A DNA stretch of 63,970 nucleotides, filler included, from Choristocarpus tenellus KU-1152 (Eukaryota > Protista > Phaeophyceae), in the NCBI GenBank assembly GCA_964200185.2. It is 11 parts of 11 records of this genome, joined end to end, with 100 filler letters (N's around TTAATTAATTAA, not from the genome) between each part and the next. Parts side by side here need not be neighbours in the genome. Positions count along the whole stretch, not along the records: positions 1 to 4,506 come from CAXNAD020014248.1; positions 4,607 to 7,814 come from CAXNAD020021540.1; positions 7,915 to 14,299 come from CAXNAD020008251.1; 8 more parts are not named here. One strand, written 5' to 3'. This document shows, one piece after another, positions 1-11,680 of this stretch; position 1 is the stretch's first letter, and each line of letters begins with the position of its first letter. Below the pieces are notes generated by a model, which saw only the letters and a program-made list of their open reading frames with translations, was not told the DNA's origin and did no database searches. The position numbers and the translations under genes were made by a program.

Positions 1-93
1 TCGGATGGATAGTGAAAGTGCACTTTTCTGGGTTTTGGTACAAATGAACACCCTGGTGTAGACACCCCCCCCCCTCCCCAGATACTTTGGGTC
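1..93 (-). mobile_element. MITE family A, partial copy
   Basis: AAGTGCACTTTTC...CACCCTGGTGTAGAC-polyC-CAGATACTTTGGGTC is the reverse complement of the family A 5' part. Confidence 0.8.
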
Positions 94-954
94 TTAAGTA
101 TGCCCTCCATATTATCTGGAAATAGTCGAACAAACAAAAGTTGCTCACTGCCCAACAAAATCGCAGGCGAAAGCCATGGGCTTTTTCCCATTCGGACATG
201 TTCACACAAAAGGCAACTTGGAGATTATCATCCAATGGGAACCTCAAGCTAAATTGGTGTGATGTTGAGAACTACCAACTCTAGAAGTTAAGCGGGTCAG
301 TGCTAGAAAGTGTTGAAAATGGGATTGAGACTTGGAGAGGTGCATGTGGATAACATTTTGTACAGGAGCCGTTCAGCGCAGCCTCACAAGCCTCATGTTC
401 ACTTGTGGGAACTAGTTCTTTCTTATCCATTCCTGGGGAACAAATTCTTGAGAGGTATGAATAAAGGATAGCCCTAAAACCATACACAGCTATGCATTGC
501 ATCAAGAACTTGATAGGTTCAATGTCTTTGGTGGAAAGAATGTTTTACCACCAAGAGGCGGTAGATAGACATATTATACCTGTCTGTTGAGGAGTAGCTT
601 GGGAGAGTTTGGACGTGGCCACCAGGACAGAAACAACTATTCGCAGCCAAAGTGCTTGCAGGATTTTTTGGCGTAAGGTCCTTGATATGTGTATGTTCTC
701 ATGGTCTGAATGGTACGTCTTTTTTTTATCTCGTGTAGTTATTGATGCACACTCACGCACACTCTCCACGGGTCTGACCTCCTCCCTCGCGCCGATTAAA
801 CCACTTGCCTCACACAGTGGTACTCTTGTCGGTTCTTAACAACTAACTTGTGATCATACAGCTCTCTGCAATTCAAGTTTCTGAGTATGTGCTGAATATA
901 ATTATGTTGTAGAACCTCCAACGATTCTTCGTCCTTCAACCCAGGACCAAAATC

Positions 955-1470
955 AGTTTCCAGGTTGGCGTAATGAACTTCGAGGGGACCTGTTGCTGGG
1001 TTGGTCCCTCACCACCCCTTCCTCGCTCAAGCAAGGATCTAAGGCCAATCAAATGAGTTGCCCAGGTTGTGGATGTACCAGTTTGGTCAGGTGATGTTCT
1101 TGAGTGAAGATTGGTCTTTGCCTTTGGCTTCGTCAGACTTGTCCTTTGTTTTGTCTTTGGTCTTGCCGATTGACTAGGGAGGACCGTGATATCTGGGAGA
1201 GAGCACTGGAGTCAACAAATATAGGTACAACGTAACCCTAGCCATAACCCAAAGACAAAAAGACGGACAAATCTGACGAGGGCAAAGTTAAAGTTCAACC
1301 CTCACTCAACAACACCACACGTACTTCAGATTCAACAGTAGTATCCGCGATCTTGAGGACTGATGTGTTTATGAGAGCACCTTGGGAGGCTCGCTTGAGC
1401 AAGAAGGGACAGTTAGGGACAAACCTAGGGACAGGTTCCCTCACGGTTTGGTACGGTAACCTGAGAACTA
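955..1470. repeat. Degenerate long inverted repeat (foldback)
   Basis: 1121-1160 CTTTGGCTTCGTCAGACTTGTCCTTTGTTTTGTCTTTGG pairs with ~1249-1288 CCAAAGACAAAAAGACGGACAAATCTGACGAGGGCAAAG; ~957-1035 pairs with ~1390-1470. Confidence 0.7.
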
Positions 1471-1770
1471 TTTGTTGTCCCACACAACCAGTAATATTAT
1501 TGTTTATTGGCTTGTGTCAGAGTTGAGATGGCGGTGAGACACCATCATCAGATGGGGCCTACCAAACCTTACAGCAAATGACCCAGAATACCAAAAGACT
1601 CAACAGTTCTCTAGAACACGTCAGAACCACTCCGATTCTAACATTCCGCCAATTTCTTCTGGTCAAATACCCCGCATAAATATCCCGAATGACGTGCATC
1701 ATCGTTTGTGCGTACATAAAAGATTAATTCGAATCTTATTCTCACAAATGGTTTAGCATGATCTTGACAT

Positions 1771-2082
1771 GACCTCAGCATTAATGACCTGGGACTTTCT
1801 TATTCCATTCAGCAGCTGAAGGAAGATGCGGGGGTGACCAATAGAGAGGTTGATGGAGGCCTCAATGGAGGCTTTCGATATGTACCCTCGGGAGAAACTA
1901 GAGGGCGTTTGGCAGAGCCTCTTCACAGTCTCTGTGATGAGTTGCTGGGGTCCAAGGATGACAAATTCTTCAAAATTCCCCACTTTAGGAAGGAAAAGGC
2001 CGAGAAGGCTGAGAAGGCTGGCAAGCTCCCTCCGAATGCCCTAGTGGATGCGGCGAAGTATTGTACTGGAATGGAGTTTTGA
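1771..2082 (+). pseudogene. Mariner (DD39D plant-type-like) transposase, C-terminal remnant
   Basis: Frameshifted translation DLSINDLGLSYSIQQLKE...AFDMYPREKLEGVWQSL...FKIPHFRKEKAEK..GKLP resembles the SPDLNxxDLGFF and YKIPH motifs; homologous to 13640-14290. Confidence 0.8.
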
Positions 2083-2509
2083 GGGCATCGGAGGTGGAAT
2101 CATGGCTAGATTTAGGCTGCCCCATTTGCTTGAGATTTTGGTGGGCAACCTTTTTAGAGTCTGCATAATACGACCATGAAACATGAACGTGTGAAAAAAT
2201 CTTGCTTCTTCATCGGGGCTGCAACAGTCATGTCACGTATAATTCTGAATGGAGGAAGAAAAATGTTACACATGTCCTCTACTGCATTGCAGCACCACTT
2301 CCTTTTCTTTGGAACTCATAATGTAGTGGCCACATACGGACATGGCCGCCTGCTTCACAGACAAATGAGTTGGCTGCAGATTCACTTTCGGAATGTATTT
2401 AGGACTGATGCTGTGCTTAGGTCAAACGTACTTGGAATATACAGAATTGACTAGCACAGAGATTTTCCTGCCTCCCACATTGGTGGTGTCACAAACATTG
2501 CCATGCAAA

Positions 2510-3825
2510 ATTGAGGTTGCTGCGTTTAGGGTTAGGGTTAGGTTTGTTATTATGCAGGAATGCGTGTCAGTGGAATAGTCATGAACTTTCACCTCCTATA
2601 ACCTTGTCATTAGCATGTTGGTTTTTGGTTTTGTTGTCAAGTTTTAGGGTTAGAGTCAGGTTTGTTTTCATGCAAGAAGGTGTGTTGGTGCAGTAGTTAC
2701 ATACTTACATCTCCTCTTACCCTTCTGATCATGTCCATGTCATTGAACAAAGCTGTGAAACAAGGAATTATTATTAATATGGACTCCAGACAAGGATTTC
2801 ATCTTTGCTTCAATATCTTACGGAGTGGGTCTATATTGAGCTGTTCTAACCGTAACCCTAACCCTAACCCACTTTGTAGATTGCATGTTGTTAGGGCTAG
2901 ATTTTTTTTAGTTCTTCAGGGTTAGGGTAGAAGTCAACGTACCTGCTGAATCTAAATGGGTGTGCCTCTGATCAGAACCAGGAAAGACAAAGAGAAAATT
3001 GCTCACCCTATCCCTAACCCTAAACCTCAGAATTGATGTTGAAATTGATTCATTCGATGTAATTGCAGTGATGAAATCAATATTAGAGATTTCACAAGCC
3101 TGTCTTCATGTGGTTTTTGTTAGTTTTAAGATTTTGAAAGAGAGGAGCTCTAGTCCTAAGTTATTAACTGCAATGGACTATTATTGCTACTGTATTCATT
3201 ATGTTTGAACACTATCCCTAACCCTTTTTCAGTTTTTTATATTGTTTTTTGTCCGCATGAATTAAGTTATAAATATAGATTTATGAAGGTGGAGGCGGAG
3301 ATTGGAGACCATTACGTCCACCGCAGTCTGTTTTCACTACAGCTGTTTCACTGCCTCAAGTACATCCCCAGAAGACATGTAGCTGGGTTATTTTTTGTCC
3401 CTTTTGTACACGTGAATGATGGTCTACCAACTATTCATGCATCACACTGTGATAGCCTATTTATGAATGATGGTCTAACAACTAATTGATGAGCATCACA
3501 CTATGATAGTCTATTTGTGGTTTATGGTGATTGAGAGGTGCATGCTTGTTTTGCTGGTTGCAGTACACACACATATACACAGATATAGGCAGACATCCAC
3601 ACATACATACTTGCTGTGTGAAATGGTGGGAGCATCTTCGACGGAAGTTATGTGAAACCCTAACACTAATGATATCATTTGAAAGGTGGGTGTTGTGATA
3701 GTAGTGAAAGATGAACTTAATGCATAGATACCACACATTGAGTAGGATTTTGTATGCATAGAACAGCTGTATAAATTTATCATTTAACCCTAACCCTAGT
3801 CCTAACCCTAACCCTAGTCCTAAAT
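2510..3825. repeat. Region rich in short interstitial (TTAGGG)n/(CCCTAA)n tracts and degenerate tandem duplications
   Basis: Tracts near 2526, 2645, 2848, 2918, 3002, 3214 and 3785; ~117-bp duplicated unit 2510-2740; ~51-bp duplication 3412-3518. Confidence 0.7.
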
Positions 3826-4506
3826 GTGACTGCTACAACTCTTGTCTGGGAGGGGATAAAAAGAAATTGACAAGACCTTGAAATAAAAGGGTAGAAACAT
3901 GACAGGACAATTTTTTATATATTTCTTGTTCCTTATTGTGTGAATGAAAATGTTGCCCTTACAAATGTTTCGGGAAAAGATACTAGTGTTTACTGCCGAG
4001 TGGGGAAAAAAGAGGCAAATAAAATAAACGTGAGCTTCTCTCTCTCTTTTTTTTCGTATTTTTTGTTGTTGTTGTTTATTGATGTACTTCGTATGTAGAT
4101 AGGAGTATAGTCAGGTCTTGTGGAAATGCTTATGCAAAATGGATTTCAAATGATTTGTTCATTTTTATTATTGGATCGGAAGGAATCTTGATTTTGTAGA
4201 TGGCGATCTTGAAGAAATGGGAAAGAAGCGGAGGCGTTTTCTTGGCAGATCACCAACGATTATGGGAAATCCCTGGTTTTCCATGGGTACAGAGAAGAGG
4301 CTCGGTCTAACAGTGTGGTGGTGGAAACTTAGTTGCCGACAATGTAAGGTATACCCCATATGCTGCCAACAGATTCTTGTATAGCAGGAGTATCAACATG
4401 TACGTATACCATAGTTAGAACCAAAGCAACTCTTGGTCCTTACGTTCAAATTTCTGTATTTAATGTTAGGGTTAGGGGTAGGGCTCTCTTGGACGCTGTT
4501 TAGACA

Positions 4507-4606
4507 NNNNNNNNNNNNNNNNNNNNNNNNNNNNNNNNNNNNNNNNNNNNTTAATTAATTAANNNNNNNNNNNNNNNNNNNNNNNNNNNNNNNNNNNNNN
4601 NNNNNN
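4507..4606. other. Artificial contig linker (N44-TTAATTAATTAA-N44)
   Basis: Identical 100-bp spacer with a six-frame stop 12-mer, repeated 10 times in the window. Confidence 0.98.
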
Positions 4607-4840
4607 GGTTGGTGGGCGGGGGTTGCGGGGGTGGGGGGGTGGGGGTGGGGGGGGGGGGGGGGGGGGGGGGGGGTGGGGTAGTGGTCTACACCAGGGTGTC
4701 CTTTCGGGCCCTAACCTAACCAGGAGAAGTGCACTTACATTATCCATATGATGCATGCAACCAAATTCACCCAAAAATCGCGACATGGAAAAATGGACCC
4801 CAAATGGGCGACCGCCACCCCCCCCATGATACTTTGAGCC
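4607..4840 (+). mobile_element. MITE family A with expanded poly-G at the contig edge
   Basis: GGTCTACACCAGGGTGTCC...AAGTGCACTTACATTATCCAT...CAACCAAAT...AATCGCGACATG...ATACTTTGAGCC. Confidence 0.85.
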
Positions 4841-5181
4841 AGCACGCCCCCAAACAACTCAATCCCATGCCCAGTTGCATACCATGGCTTATTATCAGCC
4901 CAAGACATTTGAAGCTCATAGACCATGGGGAGCTAATCAACGATGATGCTCCTGATGCTCCTGAGGTTTTGTCACAGTTTTGAGAGTGATGAAACCTCGA
5001 GATCACTCCCCCTATTTACTGATCCCTCAAGCAGGGTGTGAAGCGTGAAACTCCAATGAGGACGGCTGCCATGCCTGTTGGGGCTGACCACTTGATCCAG
5101 TGACTCAAGAACCACAACAGAGTATGCACCTGCATGACCTACCAGTCCCTGCTGCCGAACGGTTGGACACTTCATGCATCG

Positions 5182-5490
5182 GAGTGAAAGTATCTTAGAG
5201 GGTAAGAGTTTGTCCCTTTTTGTCCATTTGGGGAGGGTCAAAAAACGAACGCCGGCACCCCCCCCAGATACTTTGACTCGGCTTGGCTTCCCACGAGTTT
5301 TTTGATGACATGTTTTCCTACTCCAAAACATTTTTGAGTAGGTAAAATGTATATGCTACGAAAGGAATGTCTGGAACAAGGATACTGACATCTCCTAACA
5401 AACACGTAGCCAAAATTACATAAAAATTGCAACATTGGATTTTGGTCCCCAAATGGACGCGACTCTACCCTCTAAGATACTTTTACACTC
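5182..5490 (+). mobile_element. MITE family B with an internal extra TIR-bearing segment
   Basis: TIRs GAGTGAAAGTATCTTAGAGGGTA / TACCCTCTAAGATACTTTTACACTC; homologous to copies at 15219, 23051 and 55672. Confidence 0.85.
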
Positions 5491-6249
5491 GGCTCATCAC
5501 CAAGAATTTGTTCCTCGTTATACAGGTTCAACATGCACTAAACATGCATTGTCCTTAAGGGGGGGTGGGCCTCGACAAGAACTCCAACTAATGTAGTCAC
5601 TCATCTGACCCAGCATACCACCATGTACGGTACTACTTTGGTGTTGTAACATTCCAAAACGCACATGAAACCGTCACATTATGTTGAATACTTGTACCAG
5701 CAGACACCACGTAGGCGTAACACAGTATATTGCGAAATGCCCACCTTGCTGAAAAGTACAAACACAACAATCTCAAAACAACTTTGCACAAATGTACATA
5801 CCTGCCAACTGTTTTGCAGTGCAGACGAAAATAATACGAATCTCATTTTTCCTACCTAAGCTGTTACAGGCGAATAGCGCGAGTATTTCTTCCCGTGCTT
5901 TAACTGGCGCAAGCAGTATACACGTGTGGGAAACCCCAAAAGGGGGAACTCCGATTTGCCTAAAGTTGCAGAATAAACTGTAACTCGGGTAGTTGCAGAG
6001 GGTCATGGATGGAGGGTCGGAAAGGGTTCTCAGATACATACCAGTATTTACAAACCCGAAAAACCCCAAAATGGCAAATAATGATTAGAGTTCCTAAAAA
6101 AGACTCAAAACGGCTCAGTTATTCTGACCTAAAAGATGCTCATTGCTCGCTCTCTTATTTCTGATGTCAAACTTTATATACTTTTCTTATACTGAGTGAT
6201 TCAGTCGAGAGTACCCCTGTTCAGCTGAGCTGACGTTCGATAATCTGTG

Positions 6250-6950
6250 AATTGGACTTGACTTGTACATCCTGGGAAGGTGAGCATTGAGGGGCGCCTG
6301 TAACAAAGCCCCTTAAGAACTGGTGTTGGGCATAATTGTACTTAGTCACAGTGGAGCCAGTGGCACTGCGAATTAGCTTGCATGCACCATCATTTTCCTC
6401 AAATATGTCAAAGCTCCTGCTACAACAGAACTGTAACTTAACTAACCTCAACACACTTGACAAGAAAAGTAACTCCTGTGCCACACTCCTAAGGGCAATG
6501 AATTCGATCTACATTGAAGACAGAGCTACAACCTTTGGACCTTCGACATCCAAAATATTGCTCCTCCAGCAAACATTCTGACTCCATCAATCACTGATCT
6601 ACGATCATCGAAGTCCCCAGAAATAGCTAGTACTTGCATATGCACTGAACTCATACTCAGTATCAAGACCACCAAAGTCAGTCAAACACCAGGACATGTA
6701 TTCAAGTATGCAAATTACACATAACTGCACGCCAGTGTGCAGTATTGAGACTGCTTCTTCTATACTTCTCCACCTCACAAGCAACATTGATATCATATAT
6801 CCCACTCATCACAGCAACCAACATCAAACAACCAATAACTTTCTTGTATGGAATATCATCACTATCAGAGTCGAAGTAAGGGAGAGGTACCCAGGTTTTG
6901 TCCGTTTTGCATTTTAAGTCATTCTTAAAAATATTTTGTAATTTACCCAT
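6250..6950 (-). pseudogene. Ty1/Copia RT C-terminus and RNase H remnant
   Basis: Degenerate translation IPYKKVIGCLMLVAV..AHWRAV; GVRMFAGGAIFWMSKVQ/VVALSS..EFIAL..AQELLFL..IFEENDGACKL..TKY..HQFLR, in Copia RT-RNase H motif order. Confidence 0.8.
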
Positions 6951-7814
6951 ATTTCTATGGATGAAGTTTTAACTTTGACTTGAGAGCGTTGGTTTTTCAA
7001 TTGTTTGAAACTTTTCCACAGGATTAAGAAAAGTTCGAATACGTTATTGTAAAAAAAAAGGTGCACATAATTGTCATGTAGTCTTGTAACAATAAACCAT
7101 AGATGTATATGAAACCGTCACACTGTATTGTATACTTGTACCGACACACACAAGATATCCATAAGACAGGTTATTTCAACAGAGTACGTACGGTCAAGGG
7201 GTCAAATTTTATGATTGAATGTCTATAATCATTACCCAGGTAGCTCAGGTGGTATGTCTGCACGCATTCCTACATGGGAATGCATTTTTTTTCGAAGTCA
7301 GATTTTACCAGCAGAAAATTTGAATTCAATGGATCACATGGCAAAGTGCGTTTGGGAATTGCACCTGTACTTACAATATTACGATAAATGTCAGAGGGCA
7401 TAATAATATAATATTACGCTAACCACAAAAAAAAGGGACAAGCGCGATCTGGATCTTGTTGGCAAAGATTCATTATTGAGATGGAGGATATAACGTACCA
7501 GATTTGATTGCGTACATATTTCGAGGGAGGAGACAGCACGACGAGTAATAATGGGAGTGCTGCACCCAATATGCGAGAAGCAAGGAGGAATGCACTGGAC
7601 ATTGCAATCATTTGTAGTGCAACTGATAGTAGTAAGTTAGTATGAGATGACGAAGTGCAGAGTGTTGTTTGCAAGATGTAGTCCTTTTTGTACATTTTCG
7701 TTCAAGGTGTAGTCTTGATGATACCTCGATGCTTGATTATGAAGGGCTTGTTCGTAGATAGTGCTGCTGATACACTATAGACACCACTGGTGGATTATGT
7801 GATAGGGTAGAGAG

Positions 7815-7914
7815 NNNNNNNNNNNNNNNNNNNNNNNNNNNNNNNNNNNNNNNNNNNNTTAATTAATTAANNNNNNNNNNNNNNNNNNNNNNNNNNNNNN
7901 NNNNNNNNNNNNNN
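7815..7914. other. Artificial contig linker
   Basis: Same 100-bp spacer. Confidence 0.98.
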
Positions 7915-8304
7915 CCGTCTTGCCCGGTGATTCTCTTCGCCACCCTTGCCTGAGTGAACCACGCCACCACAGAATCACTCGATTCACAGTTTCCACACTT
8001 ACAATGTTTTATAGTGTTCTTATGTTTAGGATATTTTATTTCCTTAGGGCTAATAACGACATATGCATAGTTTTTTTTAATTGGTTTCCCCCCTGACATA
8101 TCTGCAAAATGTCACAGGGCATAATAATATATATAATACTATAGTGGTAACCCTAAAATCGCCCTCCGGGGTTGTCCCGTCATAAGTTTTGATGTAAACA
8201 TCGGATTAAAAAATAAAAGCAAATTCGTGATGCCCGTCACAAGGCCCTCCACAGTACGGGCTTCCTTCCTTTCCCCACGTTTTCCTTTTTTTGAAGAAAG
8301 ACTG

Positions 8305-8365
8305 TTCATATTGGGGTTCGAACCATGGATTGTAGGTCACAGAGAGTGGCAACACATGCACTAAT
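8305..8365 (-). other. Possible tRNA-derived (SINE-head-like) remnant
   Basis: Minus strand reads TAGTGCATGTGTTG...GGTTCGAACCCC, with A-box-like and B-box motifs at tRNA-like spacing; no full cloverleaf. Confidence 0.25.
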
Positions 8366-8372
8366 ACTTTAT

Positions 8373-9930
8373 TTAATTATAGGGTTTAGGCGGGGGAAAC
8401 GCCTCCCCACCCTTTCTTCCTGTGTGTTCGCGCACCCACTCTTTGACCTCGCCAAGGATGTCCTCATCGACGCCCAGAACGAAGCGCCTCTCATAGCGCC
8501 CTTGCTCCAACACCTTGATGTGACCCTTAGTTGGGATGTCTCTCTCCCATTTTCTCACAGTTTCCAACGTGACCATCGCATATCCTGCTGCCATCTCAAG
8601 TGCCGTTTGACGGCCTTCCCGTTGTTCATACACAGGTATAGGATTCGCAGTGTTAGAGTCCTTACTATCACACTTCCTCGTTGAGCACCGGAAATGGGCG
8701 TCACCCGTGCCCCCTGGGCGGGTGATATTTCATCAAGGCGCAAGTGCGAGGGAGGACAGACTTGAGTTGATCCCAAAATGTGTTGATTTCTTGAATGAAT
8801 GCAGGCTGGGAGAAAGCCTTAATCAAGTTTATACGTCGAACCCTAAGTACAGGAACAAAAGTAAATGTACAGCATCTTGCAAGAAGTGTGAGACACCATA
8901 CCATCGGTGTGCAAATAGTCTCAGTCTCACCTCCTCCTCTTCCCTAACGTCCTTGTCAATGGCTACCTCCACCTTCTTCGCGACCTCTTCTAAGTAAAGG
9001 ATTTGGTGGTATCAAAAAGTCTCCACAGCTGCATTTGTTATGATAGCTTTCTCCTCCGCCTTGTTAGCCCTTTTGACCTTTTCTTTCGGGCTTCAGAGCC
9101 CTTGTAGCCCAACCCTAATACCTTCTCTTTTTTTTCCTTAAATCCACTCCAGCTCGCACAGCTTCCAAACAGCCAAGGCCTGCTGCAACTGTCGACTACT
9201 AAGATATTCTACACCCGGGTTTTCGCTTAGGCATTTCCTGAGCGCAATGGCACGCAGTCACACTGCTTTCTTCCCCAACCTTCCCTTTGGGCGGCCACCC
9301 CGGTTCTCCCTTCGCCCGCCATGACCAGGCTTCCCCACAGACTTCGTCACTGTGCCACCTGGTGATGGACTCGCTGCTCTCTTCCTGCTTTCCTGAGACG
9401 GCAGAGACTGCAGAGCAGTGCTCCAACGTGGTTTAAGATCCAACCTCATTTGTGTGGTAATGCTTTTGGTGCATCTTCTCTCAGCATTAGTGTTGCGGCC
9501 CTGTGATCCATTGCGCGATTTGATTATGCTGCTGCACCACACTACTCGCACTTTCTCGTCACCTAACATCGCACTGAGTGTCACACAGTACTTGCTTTGC
9601 TGTTATCTCTTGACAGCGAAGGTGCCGAGGGCAGATCCAGGGGGCAGAGTAGCCTTGGCAGCTCTCCTTATCTTACCATCGTGGTTCATGTTGCTGTGTA
9701 AGTCACGTGTGTGTGTGCTCACAGAAAGTCTGCAAAAGGCATTAAAAAGATGACCGGATATCTTTCTTTTTTTCGGTATCGCTACACCAGCCAAACTTGG
9801 GCAGTGATCTATCCCGGACCAGGTTTTTGCAAGGAGTTCAACCAACCACTTCAGCTTTGTCCGTTTTGAAGTCGTGACCTTCAAAATTGCACCGGAGAAG
9901 CTCTCCCGCGTTTTCCCCATCATCTGATCG
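8373..9930 (-). pseudogene. Decayed long ORF; distal part resembles the HTH region of IS630/Tc1-like transposases
   Basis: Chain of same-strand ORFs broken by stops and frameshifts; ALEMAAGYAMVTLETVRKWERD..EQGRYERRFVL..EWVREHTGRKG is HTH-like; AT-hook-like RGGRPKGR upstream. Confidence 0.45.
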
Positions 9931-10769
9931 GAACATAGCCCCCGTTCCCCGAAGCCTGGACATTCGTGGATACAAACCTCTGAAACCTCTTGTCATACCC
10001 TTTCATTTGATGTATACATATTGCTGTATATCTCTTATGGCAATAAGGTGAAAAAAAATAAGATTGCCACGGTGGCCGAAGCTATTGGGACCACTTTACC
10101 ATGAACAATGTGGTGAATATAGAGATGAGAGAATAACTATTGAGTGGACTTGTGTCCTTCCTGGTCAAGTTCGTGTCAAGCAAACTTCATTTCAAGGGTT
10201 TGAGCCTCTTCGATGCCAGATTTCTTTCCACAATTACCTGGTTTCAATTATTCTCTTTTCCAGGTGGCAAGCACAACGGAATGTACACCTCCTGTACTAC
10301 CCTGTGTGTCGTGGTAGTACAAAAAAACATCAGACCAAGACCAAGACCAGGAAAGCTTCGAGGTGGGTCCAAAACAAGGTCCAAGAGATGCAGACCGACA
10401 AAGGGTTAGCATGAAAACGAGTCATTTTGTAGTGCCTCAGATTACTCACTGGTCAGGCGGATCATCCAAAAACTGGTGTGCGACAAAAAATAACATACAA
10501 ATGATAATGCTGGAGAACATGAAAAATCGGTTACTCTATACTAAATATCGTGAATTCAGATATGTTTGAATGTATGTTTGTCAACAATAAGTTCAGTATT
10601 GGTCTGACTGCATCTGTGTTGGGACCACTGAACATAGGAATGTACACACCATTAATCTATCACTTACTGTTGTTTTTATCACATTTGTTGGAAGGACCCA
10701 ACACCCACGGTCGAAAAAGTAGTCCAAAAGAAGGCACTACGCACTCCTTCAGAAATGACAACATTGATC

Positions 10770-11680
10770 ATAAAATAAAATAAACAATTGGAAGAAAACA
10801 AAAAAAGAAAGAGAATTAAAAGGAAGAATAGAAACCGCGCAAGAAAAAACCATACCCCAAAAAGACATAAAGGGAATAGAAAAGAAAATCGACAAAACGG
10901 TGAAAGAGAATAAGACCACAAAGAAAAAAGCATTCAGTAGACAGTGATGGTGGTGTTGGCGTCTTGGGTGACCTTACCTGCTGTTTTGTTGTGACATACA
11001 TACATTAGCTATCACAACTTCCCGTAAAATTTCGTTTAACCATGAACCTCATTGTATCATTAGCAATACACTCATACAACTCATGTTGGTTTGGGACTCT
11101 CGTGCTCCAACCCTAATTTCCAATCCTGAACTTGTCCAGCTCGATTTGGAGACATGTCCACATGCTTTCGTTTTTCATTCACAAGCTCCCCAATATTTTG
11201 GAAAGTCGCTTATTCGCCATGCGAGCAACTGACCCAGCAAATAGGAGCCTCCACTTGCACATCGTTGCCTCAATACTCTCACACACAGTCTTCCACAACC
11301 TTACTGGGTCCACATTGTTGGAGGAGAGTAGATGTCCCTATCTCAAGTGTGTTCCCCCTCTTGTTGGTATCTTTATTATTCTTAGCTCTTCAATCAAGAA
11401 TAGTTGGTTGAGGAAGTTTATAGAGCAATAAAAGTAATCAGTTCTTGGAATAATATTAGAGGAATGCCGGCACAGGTACAGGTTGGTTGCATTCTGTGTC
11501 TCATTTATCTTGTTCTCGAGTCTTCTTACAGCCGTTTCTTTTGTTTTCCATTCAGACACTGTATTTGTAAGGGTTTGGGTGTCTGGGGTGGAAGACAAGA
11601 TTATGTGGTGGTGTGCCATGTATGATGTGGATATTCTCTCTGGCTGTGTGCAATCATTTCGATTATCGCCTTTGTTATAT
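10770..11680 (-). mobile_element. RTE-type LINE, 3' remnant
   Basis: Minus-strand ESIEATMCKWRLLFAGSVARMANKRL; 3' segment 10935-11000 matches 35300-35366; pyrimidine-rich tail on the element strand. Confidence 0.75.
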
